A DNA stretch of 64,000 nucleotides from Leucoraja ocellata (taxonomy: Eukaryota): assembly GCA_036785375.1 (NCBI GenBank), contig JAWMAR010000016.1, positions 8,990,001 through 9,054,000 of the forward strand, given 5' to 3'. Positions 41,103 to 54,890 of the stretch are shown one piece after another. The notes beneath the pieces were generated by a model, which saw only the letters and a program-made list of their open reading frames with translations, was not told the DNA's origin and did not search any database. Each line of letters starts with the position of its first letter. Position 1 is the first letter of the stretch. The translations under genes and the position numbers were made by a program.

Positions 41103-42719
41103 TCAATCACGCCCTTCCTATAGTATGGCGAACAGAACTGCACAGAATATTTCAAATGCAGTCCAATCAACATTTTTCATGCAACTGTGACGTGACCCCC
41201 ACCAACTCTTGTACACCCTGTCTGCCATCAGTGCAGAGCAGAGCAGAGCAGATGAAGTCAAACATGCCATTTGCTTTCTTCACCACCCTGTCTCCCTATG
41301 TTGCTACTTTCAGGGAACTCTATACCTGTACTCCAATTTCCCTCTATTCATGACTTCTCCCCATGTATCTACTTACATTTTACATTTTCTGTCCATTTCA
41401 CCATTTCACCGTCATTATCTCATCTAGTTAAGCATCTTGTAAAGTTTTATTTAATGGAGAAATTTTACTAAAAACTTGACAGGATTATCACCCAATGACG
41501 TAAGTGAGTAGGTGGCAAGGAGCCTGGATTTTAAAAGTCTACATACAAGGGGAAGGGAAGATTGAAGGGAAAGGAATTTGAAAGCCCTCCTGCGAGAGTT
41601 GGTGTGGGAGATGTTACAATTACCTTTGATTTCAAAATGTTAAAGGAAGAAAACATCTGTTCTAAAACATCGTTGAAAAACAGAGTAGGCTGGAACAGAA
41701 ATAGCACAGTAGTGCTGATACATAATTAAGGGAGAGTGGGGACTAGAGGAGTGGGAGGCGACTGCATTTTAAAATCCGAGTATTGTCTTGTTTAGTCAGT
41801 TCAGTTCAGTTTAGTTTATTGTCACGTGTACTGAGGTACAGTGAAAATATTTTGTTGCATGCTAACCAGTCAGTGGAAAGACTATAAATGATTACAATCG
41901 AGCTATTTACAGTGTATAGATACATGATAAGGGAATAACGTTTAGTGCAAGGTAAAGCCAGCGTAGTCCGATGGTCACCAAAGAGGTAGGTAATACTTTA
42001 GCACTGCCCTCTGGTTGTGGTAGGGTGATTCAGTTGCCTGATAAAAGCTGGGATGGAACAGCCCAACAATATTTGCAAGCCTCTTTGCATTGGTCTACCT
42101 CTTCACGGAGAGGATATTTGAATTGTTCATTTTCCCCTGTGTGGTTAGAGAAGCTACAGACTAGACGGTGATAATGAATAATCAAAGTATATCATGTATA
42201 TTTAATACTGCAGACAAAACCTTCAGCACTATTCCTTTCATTTCTGATTACATAGAACACTCTGACTAGAAACACTTAGTATAATCCATGTGAGTGGATG
42301 ATAGATATGGAAAAAGAGCCAGGAACTATCATCTGGTTTAGATTCAGATTAGTTTACTGCCATAAACACCAAGGTGCAACAAAATTCCTTGTTCGCATGA
42401 AGCTCATAGAATGCACAATATATTCAATTAGATAAGTGAGCTCCTGTTAAAACAATTCCTTTTATCTCCCTCCATTTTCAGGAACTAACTTTGAAGTATG
42501 AACAAGTTTTGTTTAGTTTAATGTTGAGATACAGCGCGGAAATAGGCCTTTCAGCCCACCGAGTCCGCGACGACCTGCGATCCCCGCACATTAACACTAT
42601 CCTACACACACCAAGGCCAATTTTACATTTGCAGCAAGCTAATTAACCTCCAAACCTATACGTCTTTGGAGAGGGGGAGGAATGCGAAGATCTCGGAAAA
42701 AACCCCACACAGGTCACAG

Positions 42720-43228
42720 TAGGGTTGCCAACTTTCTCACTCCCCAATAAGGAACAGAAGGTCCAAATAAGGGACAAATTCCCAACGGCAATTCGTTGAC
42801 CGGCTCAGCTGTGGCTGGGTGAATGATGAGTTAGCCCGGGTGCTGGACTGCACACAAAGCCCAGCCTGAGGAGTTTTGGGCTGGGCGATGTCGCGCGCAA
42901 AGTCCGGCACCCCATCCAACTCATGAACCAATGATCGGCCATGAGAAGGAGGGGTGGTAGTGTCGGCGGTAAGCGAAGGTTCGAAGGTCGGACAGTTGGC
43001 CGGGCTGCCAACTGATGGGGCCATGGGCGAGGCGATGCTGCTGCACTCCATGGGCTGCACTACGTCGGGACAGGTGAGGCAGGGCCGGACGCGGCGCTCC
43101 GACTCGACAGTCCCCTTGACCCGAGTAGTAGCAATCGAATACGGGACAAGGGCGGTCCCGTATGGGACAAACCAATTTAGCCCAATATACTGAATGTCCC
43201 GGCTAATACGGGACAATTGGCAACCTGA
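42720..43228. mobile_element. hAT (Blackjack-like) MITE inserted in a V-SINE
   Basis: TIR TAGGGTTGCCAA with an imperfect inverse; TSD GGTCACAG/GGTCACGG (7 of 8); subterminal GGGACA repeats. Confidence 0.75.
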
Positions 43229-45671
43229 GGTCACGGGAAGAATGTACAATTTCCATAGAAACCCGTAGTCAGGATTGAACCCGGGTTAAACTAGGATTAA
43301 GCAACGTATGCTTGCTCCATGCAGACTTCCTGAAACCACAGGAACATTATATTTGCTCCAGAAGTCTGACTCTAGCTTGTGGTCTATTTTTTATATTGCT
43401 GGGCAAAAACGTTCACAATTATATTACAGTTGCAGCACAGCCCAATCCAGTAGGATTTGTGCCAATCAACAGGGTACATAAGAGAGCAAGAGTCAAGCAG
43501 CAACAGTGTTTACTTGTCATAGGTATTGGGAATAGAACAATAGACATCTTACTTATTGCAGCTCTGCAGGCACATTAATGCAACAACACAACAAATAAAC
43601 ACACCTTAAAAAATAATACAACAAATTAGCAGTCATACTAGGTAACCAAGCTATAGCAGTGCAAGCCAAATTACGTTGTGAAACCTACACTTTAGTGGAT
43701 CGATGCTGAGATAGGATTATGATTAGGGTCGTGCAGGGATGTTCAAATGTCAATGGGAAGAAGCTGTTCTTGAACCTAGCAATAATGGTTCTCAGACATC
43801 ATGCTGCCTGTCCCGCTGAGTTACACCAGCTTTTTGTGTCGATCTTTGGTTTAAACCATCATCTGCAGTTCCGTCCTACATGTACCTTCTTCCTGTTGGC
43901 AGCAGTGAGATGAAGATGTAGCCAGGATGGTGTGGGCGGTCGATGATGTTAACTGCTTTCTTGAGGCAAATAAAGGGGAGTTGGAGGGTTGCTGGGTGGT
44001 TTGTGAATCCATACTGTGTATTCCGAGGCAGCGGCATTGAACCCATAGCCGTCTCACGTCCGGGCCACCTGCCGCTTGTTCTCTTTCGACCGTGACATCA
44101 ATGGTTCACCCTTCCATCAGTAGGTTTTGTATCTAATAATCTCGCATTATTTGATGGTAGTTTCAGGTGTTATATTTTTCTTAAATTAATTTTCGGTGGA
44201 TTCTGAATTTATTGCTTATTCTTGTGACTGAGTGAAGAATCTCTCTCGTGAAATGCAGCAATGATTCGGGGCATCCTCTGCCAACGATTGATGTAACCAA
44301 GTGAATAATTCATAAGCCCATTGAGCTGTTGTGGACGAGGATCATATATAGATCGGACTAGGTAGCCGGTATAAGTGGCCAATCGATATTATCTTATTGT
44401 CACAATCCTTTCAGACCAACACACCCTTGTCAGCATCAATTCCAGGAGAAATCAACATATGAGCAAGAACCTCAAAACTAGACATAGAAAAAACCAATGG
44501 TTACTTTCTGTTACCTCAGTATATTCCCAATCCACCAATCACACCTGGAACTTGCTGGCCGCTCAGTCCAGGGGCTCCAGTAACCACAACAAAACTATAT
44601 TGATATATCCCCTTCAAATTTCAAGATAAAACATCGTGACTGTTCAGTGTATGTGTAAAGCCTTATTAACAAGATATGAAAGACAAAGGAATGCATGTTT
44701 TCCTTTTATGCTTGAAACTGTAGATTCGCCCGTTCCAAATTGGTGATCTTTGTATTCATTTATGTTTAATCCTATTCTGCAATGGAAACTCTTCAGCCAA
44801 TGGAGGAGGAATTTGCCAATTCTTGCCATTAGTCCCTATGTGGAAAAACAAAACATGGGCATGGATTTAAAGTTAAAGGTTGGCTGATCGTAGGGGGACT
44901 GAAGAATTTGTTTATGATCCAGAGGGTGGAGGAATTCATCGTGTGAAAGAGTGATGGAGACAGCAGTCCTTACATTTAAATGATAGCTACTTGAAGACCT
45001 GTGATGTGCAATGGACCAGGTACTGGAAGATGGGAGTAGCTTGAGTGACTTTATTGTTGGATCTAGTGGAGTGAATGGTCTCCTGCACTGACATAAATAT
45101 TCTATGATTTTGTTATCAGTTGTCCCCACATCCACATTTCCAGATCCAATGCATTTCTACTTAAGAGTATTTTAAATATTCCTGAAGTACATGACTGAAC
45201 TGTGTAACTATACACCTTTCTGTAAAAAAACAACTGTGGCTAAGATGGTATATGCATGCTCTGTTAAGCAAAACAGTTGAAGATAACACCTAAGAAAATG
45301 AATTGCAAGTTTTTACTGGCGTATCACCCAAGATAGACACAAAATGCTGGAGTAACTCAGCGGGACAGGCAACATCTCTGGAGAGAAGGAATGGGTGATG
45401 TTTCAGGCCGAGTGTATCACCCAGTTTTTTAGGAGTCTTATAAACTAGGAGATCTACAATTGCAAGGTTTCCAAAGCTAGTTTTCCTAAGTAAGCTTCAG
45501 CTACATTGAGTTCTCTGTGATTTTTGCTCGACTGAAGAATGGATTTGAGATTCTCAATGCCAGCCTAAATATGCCTTCTTCAGTTTGAGTGGTCAGGAGC
45601 CAGTGATTTCCATTGTATCAGTGGGGGTGTTACTGATTATCAGGAGATCTGTAAGAACATTCACAAATCAC

Positions 45672-46525
45672 TTAGTTTAGTTTAGTTTAGAGATACAGTG
45701 AGGAAACAGGCCCTTCGGCCCACTGAGTCCGCACTGACCAGCGATCCCCGTCCATTGACACTATCCTACACACACTAGGGACAATTTTACAATTATACCA
45801 AGCCAATTAACTGTCTTTGGAGTGTGGGAGAAAATCGAAGATCTTGGAGAAAACGCATGCAGGTCACGGGGAGAACGTACAAACTCCGTACAGACAGCCA
45901 CCTGCCTTCAGGATTAAACCCTAAGCAAATTTGGGCCACATATCTGAGTGAGGATGAGCTGGTTCTGGAGAGGGTTCAGAGGAGGTTTACAAGAATGATC
46001 CCAGGAATGAGTGATTAGCATATGATGAGCATTTGACAGTACTGGGCCTCTACTCACTGGAGTTTAGAAGGTTGAGGGGGAACCTCATTGAAACTTACAG
46101 AATAATGTAAGACATAGATAGAGTGGATGTGGAAAGGAAGTTTCCACTGGTGGGAGAGTCTAGGACCAGAGGTCATAGCCCCAGAATTAAAGGGCACTCG
46201 TTTAGAAAGGAGGTGAGGAGGAACTTCTTTGGTCAGAGGGTAATTAATCTGTGGAACTCATTGCCACAGAGGGCTGTGGAGGCCAAGTCAGTGGATATCT
46301 TTAAGGCAGAGATAGACAAATTCTTGATTAGAACGGGTGTCAGGGGTTATGGGAAGAAGGCAGGAAAATGGGATTAGGAGGCAGAGATCAGCCATGATTA
46401 AATGGTGGAGTGGACTCAATGGACCGAATGGCATAATTCTACTCCTATAACTTGTGAACTTGTGAACCCAGGTCTCACTGTCGCTGCAAGGAGTAGCTCT
46501 ACTGCTAGGCAACCGTGTCGCCCTC
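45672..46525 (-). mobile_element. V-SINE interrupted by a plus-strand CR1 3' fragment (about 45922-46463)
   Basis: The SINE breaks at AACCC and resumes at AACCCAGGTCTC. The insert encodes ...RTRGHSPRIKGHSFRKEVRRNFFGQRVINLWNSLP and ends in (GAACTTGT) repeats. Confidence 0.8.
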
Positions 46526-47422
46526 CCTCTGTCCACAGATATTCATTGGCAGTATAAGCCATCTAGTATTCCGTTATCAATTTCTTGATCCCACTTTGCT
46601 GATTCCAAAATGTTGCCAATCATCAACCCTGCTCTATGCAGTGGTACTGGTGCTTATGACAATGAAGCACTCTTGACTCGAGTAACCAGCACAGCTTGGG
46701 ATGTGGGAGGAAACAGGAGCACCCGGAGCAAAATCACGCAGGTACAAGGAGAATGCACAAATTACACACAGACATCATTGGAGGGCAGAGTTGAAGCTTG
46801 GCTGCTGGAGCTGTGAGACAGCTGCAATAGCTAAACTCATTGTTTAGATTGTTTAATCAAACAATTAAAAAAAAAAAATCTCCCCATAAAAACCCATTGA
46901 GTTTAGACCAGTGGTTCCCAACCTTTTTTTGGCCATGCCCCACCTAATCACCTCTAAAATCCTGATGCCCCCCCCCCCCATGTGGTGATATATAATTCTT
47001 ATCATTTAAAAAGTGAACTCCCATGACCTTGCGCGCTTCGTGCGACGTGCATGAAGAGCGATGGCGCGGTGATTATGTAATAACTACACAATTAAGACCT
47101 TTGTTACCCCCAAAAAATTATTTACTCAAAATAACATCTGAAACATAAACTACATATGTTTTTAAGAGGGAACTGCAGATGCTGGAGAATCGAAGGTTAC
47201 ACAGAAAAGCTGGAGAAACTCAGCGGGTGCAGCAGCATCTATGGAGCGAAGGAAATAGGCAACGTTTCGGGCCGAAACCCTTCTTCAGACTGATCGGGGG
47301 TGGGGGTGGGTGGGGACAAGAAAGGGAAAAGGAGGAGTAGCCAGAAGGCTGGAGGGTGGGAGGAGACAGCAGGGGAGCTGAGGAAGGGGAGGAGACAGCA
47401 AGGACTAACAGAATTGGGATTT

Positions 47423-47658
47423 CGAAGGAAATAGGCAACGTTTCGGGCCGATTTCGAAGGAAATAGGCAACGTTTCGGGCCGATTTCGAAGGAAATAGGC
47501 AACGTTTCGGGCCGATTTCGAAGGAAATAGGCAACGTTTCGAGCCGATTCGAAGGAAATAGGCAACGTTTCGGGCCGATCGAAGGAAATAGGCAACGTTT
47601 CGGGCCGATTCGAAGGAAATAGGCAACGTTTCGGGCCGATTCAAAGGAAATAGGCAAC
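47423..47658. repeat. Tandem array of 30-32 bp units (7 full plus 1 partial)
   Basis: Unit is CGAAGGAAATAGGCAACGTTTCGGGCCGA followed by 1-3 T, copied from the PLE terminal region. Confidence 0.9.
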
Positions 47659-47659
47659 A

Positions 47660-48228
47660 AAATAATCCTCCGTCAGTTTCGCCACCTCCAACGTGACCCC
47701 ACTACTCGCCACATCTTCCCATCTCCCCCCATATCTGCCTTCCGCAAAGACCGCTCCCTCCATAACTCCCTTGTCAATTCTTCCCTTCCCTCTCGGTCCA
47801 CCCCCTCCCCGGGCACTTTCCCTTGCAACCGCAAGAGATGCAACACTTGTCCCTTTACCTCCCCCCTCGACTCCGTTCAAGGACCCAAGCAGTCGTTCCA
47901 GGTGCGACAGAGGTTTACCTGCATCTCTTCCAACCTCATCTATTGCGTCCGCTGCTCTAGATGTCAGCAGATCTATATCGGTGAGACCAAGCGGAGGTTG
48001 GGCGATCGTTTCGCCGAACACCTCCGCTCGGTCCGCAATAACCAAGCTGACCTCCCGGTGGCTCAGCACTTCAACTCCCCCTCCCACTCCGCCTCCGACC
48101 TCTCTGTCCTGGGTCTCCTCCATGGCCACAGCGAGCAGCACCGGAAATTGGAGGAACAGCACCTCATATTCCGTTTGGGGAGTCTGCACCCCGGGGGCAT
48201 GAACATTGAATTCTCCCAATTCTGTTAG
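47660..48228 (+). pseudogene. Penelope-like GIY-YIG endonuclease C-terminal fragment
   Basis: FTCISSNLIYCVRCSRCQQIYIGETKRRLGDRFAEHLRSV...PVAQHFNSPSH...EEQHLIFRLGSLHPGGMN, the PLE GIY-YIG/CCHH signature. Confidence 0.9.
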
Positions 48229-49846
48229 TCCTTGCTGTCTCCTCCCCTTCCTCAGCTCCCCTGCTGTCTCCTCCCACCCTCCAGCCTTCTGGCTACTCCT
48301 CCTTTTCCCTTTCTTGTCCCCACCCACCCCCACCCCCGATCAGTCTGAAGAAGGGTTTTGGCCCGAAACGTTGCCTATTTCCTTCGCTCCATAGATGCTG
48401 CTGCACCCGCTGAGTTTCTCCAGCTTTTCTGTGTAAACTACATATGTTTACCTGATGGAAAATCCTAAAAAAATAAAAATTGAAAATTTGGACCCAGACC
48501 TCCTCAGTCGCGCTCAATTGTCCCCCTTAAAAATCAAATTGCCCCCCTGTGGGGCGTACGCCCCACGTTGGGAACCACTGGTTTAGACCAATTGCAAATA
48601 TGAAGCTTGAGTCTGATAGAGCTTTATCAAACAAACAGTTAACGATAAACAGAAACAAAGGAAAGACTCCAAAGGATGGAAATCTGGAATAAAAAACATA
48701 AATGCAGTCCCTTGCTCAGTTTACTGCGCTAGATTTGTTGCTAACAAGGTTGTCTCGCCACATTATTGAACCTTGGAGACAATGGTGGGCAGAATCACTT
48801 TACAGAACACTGTTCAGTCCACCAGGATAACTCTGTGTTTGCAGTACCCTTGCCACTTTAATTCTCCACCTTATATAATTTAATGCTGGAAATGGCTTCA
48901 GAGAATGACTACTGTTCCTATGTCCTGCTCAACACCAGCAATCAACAGCGATGTGTGGTTTGTACTGATAGTATCCATTCTGTGTAATCAACATGTCTGT
49001 GTGTCATCACACAAGGTACAGAATCCATTTAAAACCCAACAATTAACCACGGTTATTAGTGTCAGAATTGAAAACGCCTCCTGCAAAAATCTCATAAAAT
49101 GTAATTATACACCAGTTCCATCATGGGCTACCCCATAATAATCCAGAATTTACAAAGGACCAGCTGTGTACAATACTCTGAGTTGAGGGCAGTCAGAGTT
49201 TGTCATTCAGTTAATTGCCCAACAACAACATGCTATGACCAAATGTGTAGGAAGGAACTGCAGATGCTGGATACAATATGCTGAAGTAACTCAGCAGGAC
49301 AGGCAGCCTCTCTGGAGAAAAGGAATCGGTGACGTTTCGGGTCGAAATCCTTGAAGAAGGGGCTCAACCCGAAACGTCACCTATTCCTTTTCTCCAGAGA
49401 TGCTGTCTGACCCGCTGAGTTACTCCAGCTTTTTGTGTCTATCTTCTTGTGCTTTGATCATATGGGCAAAGTGAAATATACTGATGACTGAAGTGGATTA
49501 AGATGAGTGACTCACTCAGATGTAGTACATTGGGATTTAGATTTTGTTTTAATTGCACAAGTTGCACCCTTGACATCCACAATTGGAGGCGCTTTGGTAA
49601 ATCACGAACTGAATAATTGGGGGGGAATAAAGGAAAGTTAAAAATAATTCACGACTGGTTTGTTTTGTATCATTGATGAACATCTAAAGGCATCCAGCCT
49701 AACACAGACATTTTTGATCTGCAGGGAAATAAACAATAACAGGCACCAGGCACTGATTATATTTGCTAATGCAAGGCATTCATCTGGGGAATGCAAAATC
49801 CCATGAATTGCTATATTCAATGCCTATTGCGTGTGCTAGTGCTTAA

Positions 49847-50405
49847 TAGCCCTGTCCCACGGTACGAGTTCATTCCAAGAGCTCTCCCGAGTTTAAAAAA
49901 AATCAAACTCGTGGTAAGCACGGAGAATGAACGTGGCGGGTACGTCAGAGCTCGGGGACGTGTCTTAGCGGCTGGTAACGCTAACGGCAGGTACTCGGGA
50001 AGACTCGCTAATGGCAGGTAAGCACGGGAAGACGTGTGAAGATTTTTCAAACGTTGGAAAATGTCCACTAGAGCCCCGAGTACCGACGAGTGGCCATTAC
50101 CGTTATGCCCCTGTCCCACTTAGGAAACCTGAACGGAAACCTCTGGAGACTTTGTGCCGCACCCAAGGTTTCCGTGAGGTTCCCTGGAGGTTGCAGGTGG
50201 TTGCCGGAGGTTGCAGGTAGTGGAAGCAGGTAGGGAGACTGACAAAAACATCCGGGAACCGCACAGAAACCTTGGGTGGGGCGCAAAGTCTCCAGAGGTT
50301 TCCGTTCAGGTTTCCTAAGTGGGACAGGGGCATAAATCTCCGAGTTCGAATCAGGGCAAACTCGGGGGAACTCTTGGAATGAACTCGTACCGTGGGATAG
50401 GGCTT
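49847..50405. mobile_element. PIF/Harbinger-like MITE containing a second MITE (50106-50332)
   Basis: Outer TIRs AGCCCTGTCCCACGGTACGAGTTCATTCCAAGAG and inverse, flanked by TAA/TTA. Inner TIRs TGCCCCTGTCCCACTTAGG, flanked by TTA/TAA. Confidence 0.8.
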
Positions 50406-50879
50406 TTAGTTTTAAAGTTTTGTACAAAAGGCCTCATAACAGTGAAAATATGGATGCACATAAGTAGCATTAAATTGCATGGAAATAATCATACCGATTT
50501 TCCACATTGATGCTTCCATTACTTGAGCAGTTTTAATCCCAGTTGACAATACTTCACTAATATATTTTTTAAAGCTCTTATACTTAAATGGTTAAATGGA
50601 CAATTGTTTAGTTGGACATTTTGGTAATGAGGACCGCCTGAGATGTAAGGTGCTCCATTAGAACTTTATACACATGAACAGTAATAGGCCACTTGGCTAC
50701 TTCAGACAGCTTTCCCATTCAGTAAGATCATGATTGATCAGATCTTGGGTTCTTCACTTTCCTGTGTGTAAATAATGCTCTGCCTTGAATATATTCAGGG
50801 ATGTGACCGTCACAATTTCCTGGAAAATTCTAAAGGTCCACAACCAACTGAAAGAAGGGCCGTTTCATCTCCACCTTAA

Positions 50880-52215
50880 AGGTAAAGACAGGAATATCTC
50901 TAATAGGATGAGAAGGTGGGGTTGAGCCTATATCTGTGGTCAGAAAGTTACCAGAGAGTATTCTGAGGGATGAGATATACGTGCATTTAGATGGACAAGG
51001 GCTGATTAGGGATATTCAGCATGGTATTGTACGTGTGAGGTCATGTCTCACAAATCTGATCGAGGTTTTTGAAGATGTGACGATAAAGGTTGATGAGGGC
51101 AGCATTGTAGATGTGGTACATATAGATGTCAGCAAAGCATTTCAACAAGGTTCCACATGATAGGCTGCTCTGGAAGGGTTCAATGCATGGGATCCAAGGA
51201 GAGATAGTTGAATAGATAGAAAATTGGCTTCATGGAAGGAAGCAGAGGGTGATGGTGGAAGGTTGCTTTTCAGACTGGAGGCCTGTGACTAGTAGTGTGC
51301 CTCAGAGTTCGGTGCTGGGTACATTGCTGTTTGGCATCTATAACAATGATTTGGATGGGAACGTACATTACGTGATTAGCAAGATGACACAAATGTAGGC
51401 GGTGATGTAGATAGTGAAGATAGTTGTCAAAAAAGTGCAGCAGGATCTTGATCGGTTGGGCAGGTGGGCTGAGCATTTGTTGATGGAATTTAATACAGAG
51501 AAATGTGAGGTGTTCCATTTAGGGAAGTTTAACATGGGCATCACCTGATGGGTAGGGCTCCGGGGAAACATGTAGATACGGTGGTCAGAAGGGGTTTCGG
51601 CACATTGGTGTTCATCAGTCAGAGAACTGAGTATAGAAGTTGGGAGATCATGTTGCAGTTATATAAGATGTTAGTGAGGCCACATTTAGAGTATAATGTT
51701 CAGTTTGGGCACCATGTTGTAAGAAAGATATTATCATGCTGTAAAGGGTGCAAAGAAGATTTATGAGGATGTTGCCAGGATTCGAGGGCCTGAGCATTAG
51801 GGAGAGGTTGAGCAGGCTAGGACTCTATTCCTTGGAATGCAGGAGGATGAGGGGTGATCTTGTAGAGGTGTACAAAATCATGAGAGTCTCTAGCCTATAG
51901 TAGGGGAAAGGAGAACCAGAGGACTGATGTTTTAGATGATGGGGGAAATATTTAATAGGAGCTTGAAGGGTAACCTTTTACACAAACAGCTGTGGGTTTA
52001 TTGGACGAACTGCCAGGGGAGATATTTGAGGCAGATGCTATCACAATGGTTTAGAAACATTTGGACATGTACATGGATAGGATTGGTTTAGCGGGATATG
52101 GGCTAAATGCAGGCTGGAGGTACTAGTATATTTAGGGCAGGTTGGTGGGTGTGGGTCGGTTGGGCCGAAGGGCCTGTTTCCATGCTGTACAACTCTAGGG
52201 CTCTATGTCATACTC
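50880..52215 (+). mobile_element. CR1 (HER1-like) LINE, RT region through 3' UTR, degenerate
   Basis: QHGIVRVRSCLTNLIEVFEDVT...VDVVHIDVSKAF and LQLYKMLVRPHLEYNVQF. The tail TGGGCCGAAGGGCCTGTTTCC is shared with the V-SINEs. Confidence 0.88.
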
Positions 52216-52319
52216 TATGAGAGGGAAAGATCAGCCATGATTGAATGACTGTGTAGACTGGATGGGCCAAATGGCTTACATCTGCTCCTATGACTAATGA
52301 GCTTATGAACAGACTCCTT

Positions 52320-52900
52320 GGTAAAACACAAAAGTGCTGAAGTAACAGCAAGCCTGACAGCATCTGTAGAGGGAATAGATGGTGATGTTTTGTGATGGGG
52401 AAACCTCGTCATACTGATTGTAGTAGCAGGGAGAATGCCGGAGAATTATTGGGGGCAGGACAAAGCAAGGAGAGTGATAGATGGTAAAGGTGAGGGCGGT
52501 TGATTTTGATAGGTGGACAAAGGTTAGGCGTAAAAGAGATAAAAGGATGTCAGATAAAGCGAGAGGAGGAGTGAAATGTAACATCAGAAGGAGGGAAATA
52601 GCTGTAAGAGTCGGGGGAGGAAGGGCAGGTGGGGTGGGGGGTGGGATAGTGGGCGAGATGGGTGTGTACTGGAGTGGGGGGAGGCACATGAAAGGGAGGG
52701 GGGTAAAAGGGAGGTTTTACCTGATTAAAGAATTCAATGTTCATATTGTCGGGTTGTTACATGCTATCCAACCGAAAAATAAAGTGCTGTCCCTCCAGTT
52801 TCTGTGTGGCTTCATTCTCGCAATGGAGGAGACCCAGGACAGAAAGGTCAGGCTCAAATGAGAAGGCGAGTTAAAATGATTAGCAATTGGGATTTACTCC
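52320..52900 (-). mobile_element. Older Penelope-like 3' fragment
   Basis: The minus strand gives the MNIEF end of the GIY-YIG ORF, followed by a pyrimidine-rich UTR and the terminal motif. Confidence 0.6.
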
Positions 52901-54628
52901 TGATTACAGCATTTGCCGTTCCTTGTGTCCAACCGATTCCTTTGTTTTTTGGCCCTTCTCCCAAACGGGAGATTGTTTGGAAGGTAACAAGGATGTCTCT
53001 GATCCAGTATATCCACTGTAGCTATTTAATTGCCCGCTCTTTGACCTGCTTCTCTTAAAGCCAGAGACCGTGTTTTCTATTTGTTTGCTATTTGCCCATT
53101 TTAAACCCAACATGGCAGCAAGCCACCAATATATTGGGATTTACAATTCAGTATGTAGAATCTTCGAGCAGGGAATTGGGCAGTTCGCACTATTGTGCTG
53201 GTGCCTGCTCTTTGAAAGGGCTACTTAATTAGTACCACCCACCCACTCCAATATAACATGGTGGTTTTCTTCAACAATATGTCTAATTCTTCTATACATG
53301 TTATTGTGGAATCTATGTCCACCATTCTCTCAGTCAGTCCATTACTAAATCACAATTGCCAGATTGAACAACTGCAATCCTATTGTCACTGTTTCATGAA
53401 ATTTACAGCAGTATGTGGAATGGTGGTTGTGCCAGGTTCATTCATGCTGAGCTCCCCGACAGTCTAATGCATTGTAATTAAGACACGTCACTGATCTGAC
53501 CAGAGCAACATATTCTTGCTGCAATATATCCTGGAATTATTATGTTTTCTTGAATGAACTTTGTGTTTCAATGCAGTAATTACTACTTAACGTGCTCTGT
53601 GATCCCCAAAAAATAAATGTTTGCATTCAATATATAAATAGTTAAAAACAAATATTTTTTTGTTTATGTTAGTTCAGCTTTTAACTCTAACTTATTGTGC
53701 ACTTTGTGGGCAATTTTCCTTGAGGTTACTGTCCCTGCAAAATCCAGGCTGATAACATAGAAACATAGACACATAGAATATAGGTGCAGGAGTAGGCCAT
53801 TCAGCCCTTCGAGCCTGCACCGCCATTCAATATGATCATGGCTGATCATCCAACTCAGTATCCCGTACCTGCCTTCTCTCCATACCCCCTGATCCCCTCA
53901 GCCACAAGGGCCACATCTAACTTCCTCTTAAATATAGCCAATGAACTGGCCTCAACTACCTTCTGTGGCAGAGAATTCCACAGATTCGCCACTCTCTGTG
54001 TGAAAAGATAACTTCTGCATTTAGGAAGGATTCCCTTATTTCATCTATGGTTGTTCAGGAATGGACCTTTGAACCCAATGTATCTATCCCAAGACCTTCT
54101 GGTATATTTAAGATGCTTGTCAAATAAAAACACAAAATACTGGAAATACTTAGAAAGCCTTGCAGCAGCTGGGCAGGAAGGAACAAAGTTGATGTTTCGG
54201 TTTGACCATCAGAACTAGGACCAGTTGGAACTCAAACAGGTTTGAAGGTGCAGAAGAGGAGGGGGGGGGGGGGGGGGGGGTGTCTGGGACACAATACATC
54301 CAATGCATCATGACTGTGGCCAAATTTTGCCCAAACTCCATTTACAAGTTTGGGGATGTTACCACCATCTTGGGCCGAATTTTGAACACAAATGAAATGG
54401 AATACAGAAAGGATAGAGCTTGGTGTCAAGACAATGACTTTCCCCCCAATTACAGCAAAAATAAGGAGTTGCTAATCGACTAAGCGGCATGCATGTCTGT
54501 GGAGGTAAAGGGATAGAGGATGTTTTGTGTTGAGACCCTGCATCAGGGCCCTTGAGGAACTCAGTGGTCAAAGATGCTGCTTGATCCACATAGTTCCTCC
54601 TGCAGTTTGTTTCTTTCTGTGCATTACA

Positions 54629-54890
54629 GGGCGGCACGGTGGCGCAGCAGGAGAGTTGCTGCCTTACAGCGCCAGCAAACCAGATTTGATCCTGACTACG
54701 GGTGCTGTCTGTAGGGTGTGCGTGCGTTCTCCCCCACACCTGCGTGGGTTTTCTCTGAGATCTCTGGTTCCTTCAAACACTCCAAAGAAGCGGCTTGTGT
54801 AAGTTGTAAATTGTCCCTAGTGTGCGTAGGTCAGCATTAATCTGCGACGAGCCTGTTTCCATGCTGTATCTCTAAACTAAACTAAACTAA
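54629..54890 (+). mobile_element. V-SINE (HE1-like), internally deleted
   Basis: GGGCGGCACGGTGGCGCAG head and (TAAAC)n tail. Confidence 0.8.

Larger units (their letters stand above)
47162..48433 (+). mobile_element. 5'-truncated Penelope-like element (PLE) with an inverted copy of its 3' end
   Basis: GIY-YIG ORF tail at about 47660-48228. 47165-47419 is an inverted copy of the 3' region. A 16-bp direct repeat TAAACTACATATGTTT flanks it at 47146-47161 and 48434-48449. Confidence 0.9.
46909..48580. mobile_element. hAT (Charlie-like) non-autonomous DNA transposon carrying a nested Penelope insertion
   Basis: TIRs CAGTGGTTCCCAAC and GTTGGGAACCACTG; 8-bp TSD GTTTAGAC at 46901-46908 and 48581-48588. 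Confidence 0.9.

Noticed and set aside
47423-47658. CRISPR-like array of about 30-bp repeats
   Set aside because: There are no unique spacers (only 1-3 T between units) and no cas genes. The context is eukaryotic and the unit derives from the adjacent Penelope element.
47220-48333. Long minus-strand ORFs with repeated peptides
   Set aside because: They are antisense or alternative frames of the tandem array and the Penelope ORF.
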